DNA from: Amphiscolops sp. MND2022 | Lineage: Eukaryota | Direction of reading: 5' to 3' | Assembly: GCA_964187785.1 (NCBI GenBank) | Contig: OZ076409.1 | Span: 42,782,001 to 42,846,000 of the forward strand | DNA: 64,000 bases | Shown: piece after piece, positions 52,301 to 62,692 of the stretch | Position numbering within the stretch: the stretch's first letter is position 1 | How the letters are laid out: the number at the start of each line of letters is the position of its first letter | Position numbers and translations under genes: made by a program | Notes under the pieces: model-generated | Databases searched by the model: none | The model's input: the letters and a program-made list of their open reading frames with translations, nothing else | What the model was told of the DNA's origin: nothing

Positions 52301-55300
52301 AATTTTTAGGTCACATCCATCATCAGTAACAGCGTTATGTGATCGTTTCCTCAAGATCCGCCAAATACGACAGCAAATTTCCTTCGTCAAACTTCATCAA
52401 ACCACCTGCTTTACAAGCAACCTGGGTGCGTGTACTCTCCAGAAATAATATTCTGTCTTTTTTGAATTTGATTCCTGACAGGCCACTGCTAGGTTTCACT
52501 CGACGAAAAACTTTGAGGACATCGTTCATGAGCGCATCCGACGTTTGGTGTTTAGAACCGATTGCAGTTATAGATAATTTGAGATTACTCAAACCAATTT
52601 CAGTACTGGCAACCATTTCATGGTCTGGACTCGAATAACTTTCACTGCTGGAGCTTGTGGGATCGAGCAGCTCATCGCATTCATCGTAAAAGCCGGGACA
52701 AACAAGAACCGTAGTTTGATGAATAGGAGTTTGATGAAAAGACCCGACTGGTACAGTCTTTACCTCGGAGAGTTGTTCTTCGTAATGGGATTCTTCTGAG
52801 GGGGAAGTACTTGATTCGTCAAATGGCGGGAAACGTAGATCTTCATTGCAAAAAGTGCCCATGACCATTGTTCGTTTCCTTTCATAGGAGTTTCCTGTCT
52901 CCGCTCCAGAAATGGCCAAAAAACCCGACAATGAAATACGTTGTCTTCTGTATTTTTTGGGCTGTGAATAAGGTAATGAGAGACGTGGAACAGTTGATTC
53001 CTCTGGCAAATGCTTATGAAGATGCTTATGAGGGCAGCGACACTCAAAAGTTTCGAAGATTTCTTCACCATAAAAGACTGTCAATTATTCTCCTGGCTGA
53101 ATAGTCCGGAGAGTTTTCAACTTGACGCACGGTGATTCATCTGGAGAAGTGAATTCATATTGGCAGTTGGGATCACATGATGAATTGACAAATCGAATAC
53201 TTCCAGCCTAAAGTCTCAGGAATTGGCATAATTTAGTAGCGGCTATAGTTGAAATGTCATCGAAAAGCTGCTCTTCTTCAGGCCTAATTTCCGCTACAAG
53301 ATCCAACGGATAAGGGAGAACGAAGTTCTTAGGTGTGCTTTTGACTTTTTAGGCAGTGGCCACCGAATGTATTAGCTGAGAATTTACATCCAGTTTTAAT
53401 CGTCTCCTCGTATATGCCTTCCAAACGGCGGAGCAAATCAAAATCTTTCTTGGCTGCCATTTCCTCGAAGGTCTGGAACTCTGGAAGTGCCGTTAATGTA
53501 CTAACTCTGCTTCCAGAGGTGGAAACCACTTCTGGGCTGCAAAACCATCACAGAGCCAGGCTAACTGGTCGTAAAACCACTTTCTCAACTCTTTAAAACA
53601 ATAAAGCTACGATGATAATTTTTTTCTTGTCAAATTTAATAAGGCGAACAACGATTTCTTGAACAATGGAGAAAAAACTGAGTGATCAATTTTGACAATT
53701 GAAAGGAAGAGGAATGACCAAATCAAAAATATATATACAGGAAAAAACAAACCCCTTTTTTGTTTTTTTACCTCCTCTTTTTCTCGGCACCGGTCAATCT
53801 TTTACGAATCCACAATGGGCCATAATTTCGTACTTGCCATGTTAGATGACGCAGTGAGCGTAAATTGAAAGTTTGCTCAGCTCGATCGAGGGCGCCCAAC
53901 CCGGTGCAAAAATCAATAATCAACTGATCGCATTCGATCAAGTACTTGTCGCTTTCCAGCAACAAACGAATTGCATATGAGAATTTCCACAACAGATCGT
54001 TTACAGTTTCATTGAGCAATCCAATTGTGACAACTGGTGCCACGTATAAAAGCCAGGTTTTGAAGTTACTCCCTTTGAAAAAAGATAATTGGTCCAAACC
54101 ACGAACTGAACGCTGAAATTCTGAAGGCAGTTTGAATTGTTTCGCTTTTAATTCTTCTCCTTTTCGCTGGCTGTAATGAAGAATACATGTAAACCCGGAA
54201 GTTTTTAGTCACGCCGAAGTTAACTGTGCATATAGTCAATTGTGCCAGAAGTATTCTGGCCGTTATTAGGCTCAAAGAACTTCTACCTGAAGAGTATTGA
54301 GCTTTACATGAGTTTGCATCAGATATGAGCGACCTAGATAAAATTTACACAAGAGAAAATTGTTAAGGACTATTCGTGTATCCATCAAGACAATGAAACA
54401 AAATCATTTGAAGAAAAGTGATAAACACTTCACAGTAAAAATTTCGTTCAATACCCTTGATGCCTTTAGTTCTGTTGCGAAAAAACTTTGAACCCGGATC
54501 AGTTCCAGCTGCTTCAAATTTTTGAGCTTCCACTAGATTGTTGATATCATTCGTAAGTACGCATTTTGATAACTGTATCACTGGGATATAATCGCTGACT
54601 GTGTGATACTATTTCGCCTTCATCTTCGCAGAGATGGCAACCAAAATAACCATTGAACTATTTCATGTTGAGAATTGCAGCTTTGGCGACATGTCGGCAC
54701 TAAGAAACAAGAAATCAATTCGCACGGAGTACCAGAAACCATCATGATGAATGTACGTCAACTCGGAGACCACTCTTTGGACATATTGAAAATCTATTCA
54801 AAATTGGGCTTTCCATCACCGAACCATAAACTTGCCAGAGCAATTTGGTCAAACGAGAAACGCATTACTGGAGGTAAATTAGCAGTTATTAACCATAAAG
54901 GGTAAAGATGCTTCCCTCATGAATGGATGATTTTGACACCATCAGTTGAAATAATCAAATGCAGCGTGACGCCAGTTTTCGTTAGATTTCGTTTCCAATT
55001 TTTAGGTCACATCCATCATCAGTAACAGCGTTATGTGATCGTTTCCTCAAGATCCGCCAAATACGACAGCAAATTTCCTTCGTCAAACTTCATCAAACCA
55101 CCTGCTTTACAAGCAACCTGGGTGCATGTACTCTCCAGAAATAATATTCTGTCTTTTTTGAATTTGATTCCTGACAGGCCACTGCTAGGTTTCACTCGAC
55201 GAAAAACTTTTAGGACATCGTTCATGAGCGCATCCGACGCTTGGTGTTTAGAACCGATTGCAGTTAAAGATAATTTGAGATTACTCAACCCAATTTCAGT

Positions 55301-58300
55301 ACTGGCAACCATTTGATGGTCTGGACTCGAATAACTTTTACTGCTGGAGCTTGTGGGATCGAGCAGCTCATCGCATTCATCGTAAAAGCCGGGACAAATA
55401 AGTTCCGTAATTTGATGAATAGGAGTTTGATGAAAAGACCCGACTGGTACAGTCGTTACCTCGGAGAGTTGTTCTTCGTAATGGGATTCTTCTGAGGGGG
55501 AAGTATTTGATTCGTCAAATGGCGGGAAACGTAGATCTTCATTGCAAAAAGTGCCCATGACCATTGTTCGTTTCCTTTCATAGGAGTTTCCTGTCTCCGC
55601 TCCAGAAATACGTTGTAGTCCAGAAATACAACAATGAAATACGTTGTCTTCTGTATTTTTTGGGCTGTAAATAAGGTAATGAGAGACGTGGAACAGTTGA
55701 TTCCTCTGGCAAATGCTTATGAAGATGCTTATGAGGGCAGCGACACTCAAAAGTTTCGAAGATTTCTTCACCATAAAAGACTGTCAATTCTTCTCCTGGC
55801 TGAATAGTCCGGAGAGTTTTCAACTTGACGCACGGTGATTCATCTGGAGAAGTGAATTCATATTGGCAGTTGGGATCACATGACGAATTGACAAATCGAA
55901 TACTTCCAGCCTAAAGTCTCAGGAATTGGCATAATTTAGTAGCGGCTATAGTTGAAATGTCATCGAAAAGCTGCTCTTCTTCAGGCCTAATTTCCGCTAC
56001 AAGATCCAACGGATAAGGGAGAACGAAGTTCTTAGGTGTGCTTTTGACTTTTTAGGCAGTGGCCACCGAATGTATTAGCTGAGAATCTACATCCAGTTTT
56101 AATCGTCTCCTCGTATATGCCTTCCAAACGGCGGAGCAAATCAAAATCTTTCTTGGTTGCCATTTCCTCGAAGGTCTGGAACTCTGAAAGTGCCGTTAAT
56201 GTACTAACACTGCTTCCAGAGGTGGAAACCACTTCTGGGCTGCAAAACCATCACAGAGCCAGGCTACTGGTCGTAAAACCATTTTCTCAACTCTTTAAAA
56301 CAATAAAGCTACGATGATATTTTTTTCTCGTCAAATTTAATAAGGCGAACAACGATTTCTTGAACAATGGAGAAAAAACTGAGTGATCAATTTTGACAAT
56401 TGAAAGGAAGAGGATTGACCAAATCGAAAAAAAATACAGGAAAAAACATCAATTTTTTTTCTTACCTCCTCTTCTTTTTCTCGGCACCGGCCAATCTTTT
56501 ACGAATCAAAGGCAAAGTGCCTTTGTTAAGTCGGCTCACTATTCCCGACAGAGTTGTCCTGTTGGAAAACCTCGTTTGGTGAAACGGATCGCCAGCCTTG
56601 AAATGAAGCCCGCCCAAAATTATTTCGTGGACCTTCAAGGAACCGTTCAAATTGCACTGCAGCAACGCAGTTCTGCACTCCAGATTGATCTTTTTTATGT
56701 CACCGGGCAGTTTACATATCTCCCGACGCCACATCATAAAATTTTTCTCGCTTCCGCGTTTTTTCTTTGTCTCTTCGCGAAGCCAACAAAAAAATCGATT
56801 TTGCGTTGATCGCACAGTCCGTTCACCTCTCAGTGATATACCTTATCATTTCCATATATACATCATATATACAAAGCAAAAATTACTCCGACTAAAACAT
56901 TTTCATTTGCAGGGTCAAAAAACTAAAAAGTTCAACAGCACGGGTAATATCGGTATCTCATAAGAATCTCGCTATCCAATCTTGTAATTGTGGTTTTTCC
57001 GTTCCGAATTATTACAGAACTTTAAAAATTAGACTGAAAAAAAAAGAATATCACTGACTTCAACCAAGGTCTTCACTACATCAGCACAAGATATGTTATC
57101 ATTCAGACACCCGGGTTTGGAGAAGAGGGAATTCTGGATGAAATCAGGATATACAAAAACACAATTAGCTCCCCATGCCAAGGCATCATTATGAGCACCT
57201 TTCAAGGCCAAACTGCTCGTCCGATGCAGGAACTTAGCACCACCTCCACCGAAGCATTTCAAATGACAGTCCCCCAAATTACTCCAAGTTTCTCATTTTT
57301 GAAAATGATGCTGAAAGTTCGGCGAAAGGCACAGGCAAAAGTGATGACAAAACTCTAAAATGCAAAAAATAGACCAAAAAATCAAAAAATAGCGCAAAAT
57401 TTCCGATTTTCCTGTTTTCTTGTGAGGCCACTTTATAATACTGGGGGACAAGATTAGGTCAAAGTGGCCCTAGCATGTTTTGAAACAAGCTGAACTGCAG
57501 CCAGAGACACCACGCGTGCAAAGTCCGGAGCCAGTGCGGCGAAGTTTAAAATTGATTTGAAAGCCCTGATGCTCCTCTTTCGAACGCTGTATAAATCGTT
57601 TGTCGGACTCGAATAGTTTGGGAGATATTGCGGTTTAAAGTTTAAGCACCAGATTTTTGAATGCATCCAGAAATTTCCACCTCCATTCCGGGTTAAACGC
57701 AGCCTTTTTGAGGCAGCAATCAATTGAAATTCAACTGATAATTTAAGTTAATTTAAATTCCAATTTTTGAATGTTCATTGCTCCTCGCCTATGGAAAAAT
57801 TTAAAAACTGCATCTACTTTCCTATTGAAATTTCTAGTAAAATTTCAATCCAAGAAATGAAGAAAATAGATTATCGGTCATGTTGAATCAGTGTAAAAAA
57901 TCTTCTACTGATGGTGGTGGTAATCTGTTTAAATCAGTTCTAACTGTGAACCGAATCTACATTTTTTTTATGATGTAAAAGGCCTTCTATCAGGTCTGCC
58001 ATAAATTCACGGCGGTTTTCAACGTTAAATTGCGTGTATTTAGCTGCATTGATTTATGTGTAATTTGGCTGGTAAAAATCATTTCACTGCGAGAAGCAGT
58101 GTCAACAATGATGAAATTTCTCCCTGAATTTTTGACTGACCTCCTACTCAATTTCTTTCATCAGATTTTAATGCTCAGGGCATGTGATCTCTTGTGTCGT
58201 GTATGGCCAGTGAAATATTTACAATGAAAATAGATCGCGACTTCGGTTTTTGTGCCGCGCTCATTCAAAATTATGTAAAATTAGTTTCAACCTTATTTCG

Positions 58301-61300
58301 GGCGCTTCTGTTTCGATGAAGCAATGGCCGTCGCTTTCCGAAACTGATTTGTTAACTGCACTTGTTATTTTCTTTAGTATTGGTCACCAAAATGTACTGT
58401 AAGGAGGCAAAAAAAAACAGTTCAACCGCAGTATGTTCGCTAAAAAAACAATCGCGAAGTGTTCTTTTCAAGCTTGTCATGGACGTTTTTTCAAACCAAG
58501 AAAACGCAACTTCCTGTTGCAGTTGCACGACGAGCTATCAAAAATAAGCGCTTAAAATAAACTGCTGTTTTTGATGTTTTGCTGTTTAATTGAACCGTTT
58601 TTCTCCTTCGGATAAATTCTATGAACATTGAGCAACCTCAATTTACAGCTTTTTAATTTTATGAATCGCATATTGTGTATTGGCTTTAGTTTGCGCGATT
58701 ACAGAGCGTATACCAAAAGCTTTGATGCTTTGTCAAAAATTAAAAATGGATTTCAGCAAACTACCGCATTTGTAGTAGAATTGATGACATGGTATGTGCT
58801 GTTTAATTTGCGAAGCTTTGAAATCGGATATTTGACGCCCATTATAATACATCACGTAAGCAATCCATATACGTTTAGCTTCAATTTCTTGCATACTAGA
58901 TGCTCTAAACTGTGTTTCGTTATGAAGAAAAAAGTAAAGAAACACGTGCTTCGTACTCCTAATTACTCAAGTTTTTCCTTGTGATGATAAATCTGTTGGA
59001 ATTATCCTCGTTTCTCAGGTCCAATAAAGACAGGTTCAATTGAAAACGCTACCAATTATAGAAACATCGTTGTTCTCAAAACATGCATTTTTAAAGTTTG
59101 GCATGCATATATTACAAACATAACAATGTTACTTTTTTGTTTTTCTGTTTCATCCAGCTTCAGAAACAGTGGCGGTTTATTTATGCATTCAAATAGTTTT
59201 TTTTTAAATATTTCTTTTCTTTCACAAGTTTGACTTTTTGAGGAATTCATTATCAAATGTTCCAACATGTTCCTCACAGTTATAAACAGCATTGAATGTG
59301 GATTTCTCAAATGAGGGAGGGGATTATTAAGAAGACAGGTGAAAAATTAGAACAGTGAATGAGAGTTGGACTCTATTAAAAATTGAAGTTCATTTTCAGC
59401 CAATCGGAACTCGCCTGCTCGGGAGCTGCCTCCCCTGCCTAAACCGCTGCCCTTGCCACATCGGCTGGGCAACGCAGATATGCTGAGCATCCGCAAGGGC
59501 AGTCTAACGGTCATTTCCAACCTGCTGAGCAGTAGTAGCTCCAGCAGCGCCATCCAGCAGCAGTCTAACCAGGCTGCCGCTGCCCCCTATCAGGCCACCA
59601 TGCCTCACAAAGCACACAACTTGGTCTATAGAGGTAGGACTAACTAACCACCCAGCAAGCAAGGGATGGCACATCATTTTAGAAGTCAGAGAAGAAGAAA
59701 GTAGATAGGTTTTATGGTGATGCTGTTTGATTTGAAGAGCAAGCGCTGGCAAAATGGTAGATTAATGGCAGAATGTCATTCTGAACCATGTTAAGTTTGT
59801 GAAAGTGCTGAGTAGTTTCTCCAAAACATGCTTCTGAGACGACGCAGGTGATGACAGAGTATGAAAAATCATGTCTAATATCTTCATCCTTACAAAACAT
59901 TGCACAATAATTATGTGCCCACTTCTCTTTCACTCCTCCGCATTACTAATGACTCAATCAGTTGTTTTTCAATCTGTTTTTTTTTGTAATCTAATCACGG
60001 CCCCTTTCTTCATTCTTCCCCACACTTTTTTCTGCTGGCTGGTTTGCGTTTTCCACGCGATGCATTATGTCACCTCTTGGAACACTAAATCGTGTTTCAT
60101 GCACTGGCAGCCATGCACTGCCGTTTGTCTTTTTAACCGGTTGAACCCATGGACTGAATAATGCCATACTGTTGACATTATTATGCGATTTATAAGTATT
60201 TGCTTTTAGCTTTTAGTACTCCAAATTTGAAGCCTATATCAATTTTTAAAATTCGTTTTTGGTGGCACGCAAAAACTGTTACATTATTTTTTTGGTTTGA
60301 GCTATTAATGTCAACTTGTTTCAAACCTAGTAATGCTCTTTTTTAGATATAAATCTGATTTTTAGTTTTACTCAATTGTTTTAGCCTTGATATGGATCTT
60401 TTTTAATGGATTAAAAGTTTGTTGTAAACATATTGCGGCTTTTTGTTTTGGCACAAGCTTGAATTTTTCGGCATTGCATATTCACTAAAATTTCTTGTTG
60501 TAGAGACGACAGTTTTTGCAGCTGTCTTTCGGTTCTGACCATAGTCGTAGCACTATATTGAGATCTGCTTTTCATGCACGCGTTTTGTTGGTGCAAAAAA
60601 ATTAAAATCAACTTTTTAAGCGCACTGACTTAAAGAGCAGCTTTTGCGAACAGCAAATTTGATCTGAATTGCCAAGTAAAGCTGTAATTTTGATGCTAAC
60701 ATTTTTCGTTTACTTTTGAAAATTATATGGTCGTCTTTCGGGCAAAATTTCCATCTTGTTGCATTTTTTTCGTAACATTTACAATTTGAGTTGCCTACTT
60801 AACTTGATCAGCATTCAAGCAAGCTATGGATACATATTGTGCCCACTTCGCTTCCTTGAGCAGAGCTTCATTTTATTTGCTTCCACTAACCGCGAGCAAG
60901 GTGCCGCCTCAAAAGCTAAAGCTAACGTCGGATGAAGTTGAACGCTTTGCCTTCGTCATGTATTTGAGTATGCCAATCAATGCAGTTGGGTTGAACAAGG
61001 CTCATTAGAAGCAGTCAACAAAAGTCTCTGGAGATTACATTTTATTGCTAAAAAAGGAAATTTTATAGACAAGTCTACTGGTGCGTTCGGTGTCCCCACA
61101 AGCAAGTCTTAAATTACTCCGGCCGATCCGTGCGTTAGCTCATCCCATTCATAAATTTCATGTAGACATCTATTTTCAAAACTGCATGAACTATTACATA
61201 CTGGTGTTAAATATAAAATGCTTTCTCTTTTGAATAAAAGTTTTGGGCTAGTTCCCAAAGAAATCATCTGCCATCTTAGATCTCAGGATTTCTTCCATTT

Positions 61301-62692
61301 GCTGTGTTCCAGCTATTTGGCTCAAACAATTATGCTACCCAAATCTGAAAAGGCTTCATTTTAGCAACCTAGGGCGGAAACTCACGTGACGGGGAGCGTA
61401 GGTTGTGAGTAAGAGTAATTTGCGTTGAACTTATTGTTTCAGCTACTTCTAGTTCTGGAAACGTGCAGGGTGGTGGCTCAGAGGAAGGGGGCAAACCCCG
61501 AGCGAACAGTATCATGTCCTCCCAAGACTCTACATTCTCGGGTTCAAAAATAAGCACGCCCAGTCACAAAGATTCTATATTTATGCCCGACTTCACTGTC
61601 ACAGCCACGTCTAATTTGGTGATATTCAAGGTTTGTTTCCAACCTGTCACTTCTAATACTCCCACTACACAATGCAAATCGGCAAATTTAGTTTTTATTT
61701 TGTATTTGTCCGAATTTTCTCCAACGTTTTCATCTTTCGCTATTTTTTTCCAGAAAGCACTGTAGAGGAGCGTGTCTGTGAATCACGAATGCGCTTTTAA
61801 CGACATGTTTTTGCAGCAAACGCAAAGTTCATGTCTTGCATCTTCGCAATATCATAAGATGACCAAAACACCTCAAAGGTTAATAAGGTGAAGTGACCTT
61901 TCTTTAAATCAGGCAATGAATGCTTGGGCTGAAATTTCTGCTTTTGCGCGGGACTCAAATTGCCACTACAATAAACACTTTGGAGATGAATATGAGCGAA
62001 ACTATTTTAATTTGAATTCTCCAAGTGTTTGGTCGTATTGACTCCAAGACATTCTTGTCAGGTTTATTGTTTATATTAGTAGCATTAATGAGTTTGCTCA
62101 ATATAAAGTTAGCTTCGTACGCTGAGTATATTCAACCAAAATGAAGTTTACTGCATGTAAAAGTGGATTTTGCAATACCCACATGTTCTAGATAAAGCAC
62201 AAACACTACATGGCCGCCGTGAAGACAAGCCAGATGATCTACGATCAGCAATCGTCTGAAAAAAGTGGCACTTCAGCCTCAAGTCCCGATGACATCGATT
62301 CAAAGGCCAACGAGTTGAAGGAAATGGCAAACGTGGAGAAAATGCTGAGTGACGAGTTGAGTAAAGTTGATGCACAAGAAAAGGGACTCTCGGTTATAAC
62401 TGGCAGTGTTTCTGCCAATGCCACATCTGACTTTGTTGGCTCCATGGGTTCCGTCTCAGAAGACAAGAACGGGAGGCTTGCTTCTAGCCGAAACACGAAG
62501 GACGAAAGCTCGCCTGCCTCAGTGAGGTTTTCAGACTCGAGTGTTGCTGAAAATGGCAGAATCAAATCTGGGGGTTCTAAAGAGAAGAAGAAAGACAAAA
62601 AAGAGGAGCAGCCTTTGTTAAGTGCCGCCAGTATGGATGATAGTGTGAAAATATCGGTGGAGGAAGAGGATACGAACAGTGTGAAAACGTGA
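22340..62692 (+). CDS. CNNM: Metal (Mg2+) transporter of the CNNM/ACDP family, 9 coding exons
   Basis: Exons 22340-22578, 22770-23376, 23608-24055, 25488-25631, 27387-27515, 29490-29747, 59400-59633, 61443-61630 and 62192-62692 all join in frame with GT-AG. Signal peptide; DUF21 ([35 protein letters not shown]); CBS pair ([23 protein letters not shown]...DPYYE...[20 protein letters not shown]); CNBH ([10 protein letters not shown]...[17 protein letters not shown]). Confidence 0.95.
24100..24603 (+). mobile_element. DINE-1/HINE-like non-autonomous element, copy 1 (CNNM intron 3)
   Basis: Starts TTTTTAGTCGGCGC and ends GCGCCGACTT + short hairpin + TTGTT. Internal AAAGGGTCCCCCC repeats. Confidence 0.7.
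25692..26413. mobile_element. hAT-like MITE (CNNM intron 4)
   Basis: Starts CAGG. TIR core TGTCAATTATATGC (25698-25711) is inverted at 26394-26407. Subterminal AATATGCGG motifs. Confidence 0.55.
30483..30960 (+). mobile_element. DINE-1/HINE-like element, copy 2
   Basis: Same termini and internal AAAGGGTCCCCC repeats as 24100-24603. Confidence 0.7.
31137..31315. repeat. CATG/ATCATG-rich palindromic repeat beginning CCCTGG; possible subterminal region of a CACTA-type element
   Basis: The palindrome CATAGTATGATCATACTATG occurs twice, with many ATCATG/ACCATG motifs. Confidence 0.45.
31500..42150. repeat. Higher-order tandem array (long-short-short-short-long; short unit ~1877 bp)
   Basis: Marker ACACTAGAATCTATGAATTATG at ~31522, 33906, 35782, 37659 and 39536. 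Each unit is an AATAACGTCTAAA-rich block, a TCAGATCTG/AAGACCATAAT block and 3-4 diverged ~227-bp monomers. Confidence 0.95.
42240..42903 (+). mobile_element. DINE-1/HINE-like element, copy 3 (related subfamily)
   Basis: TTTTTAGTCGGCGC start; GGCGCCGACTT followed by hairpin GCCGGTCCCGGC and TTGTT at the end. Confidence 0.7.
42905..44564 (-). pseudogene. Second spliced ORF of the CACTA-like element (coiled-coil plus BEN-like domain), decayed
   Basis: ORF 44175-44564; coiled-coil-like exon ~43745-43870 ([26 protein letters not shown]) ending at a GTAAG donor; last exon [14 protein letters not shown]...[18 protein letters not shown], which resembles the BEN pattern. Same orientation as, and downstream of, the transposase. 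Confidence 0.5.
45100..48400 (-). pseudogene. SET-transposase fusion, copy A (the only copy with the transposase C-terminus)
   Basis: SET motifs [14 protein letters not shown]...[19 protein letters not shown] and post-SET-like CRC at ~47620-47800 are in frame with the transposase N-terminus ([17 protein letters not shown]). Transposase ORFs 45332-45988 and 45150-45362. Confidence 0.8.
48401..51112 (-). pseudogene. SET-transposase tandem copy B (2712 bp)
   Basis: Near-identical to copy A; ORF 49657-50481 spans the SET C-terminus, linker and transposase N-terminus. Confidence 0.85.
51113..53809 (-). pseudogene. SET-transposase tandem copy C (2697 bp)
   Basis: Same unit; ORF 52335-53084. Confidence 0.85.
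53810..56506 (-). pseudogene. SET-transposase tandem copy D (2697 bp)
   Basis: Same unit; ORFs 55578-55823 and 55031-55774; contiguous with the unique 5' exon. Confidence 0.85.
56462..56815 (-). CDS. Probable first coding exon of the SET-transposase gene
   Basis: 117-aa basic ORF ending ...AEKKKRR at an AG|GTAAGA donor (~56466). Candidate acceptor TTTTGCAG at ~56240 precedes the SET-coding exon. Confidence 0.55.
   Translation of the reverse strand: MRSTQNRFFCWLREETKKKRGSEKNFMMWRREICKLPGDIKKINLECRTALLQCNLNGSLKVHEIILGGLHFKAGDPFHQTRFSNRTTLSGIVSRLNKGTLPLIRKRLAGAEKKKRR

Larger units (their letters stand above)
42905..56945 (-). mobile_element. CACTA/EnSpm (CMC superfamily) DNA transposon carrying a SET domain; decayed and internally amplified; termini not resolved
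   Basis: Tnp2-like motifs [57 protein letters not shown] and [30 protein letters not shown], with C-terminus [10 protein letters not shown] at ~45340. Confidence 0.85.

Noticed and set aside
57454..57723. Weak resemblance of [19 protein letters not shown] to a P-element transposase motif
   Set aside because: Single short motif with no supporting flanking homology visible.
61365..61405. Possible CNNM microexon before a GTGAGT donor
   Set aside because: Both candidate acceptors give in-frame stops in the required phase.
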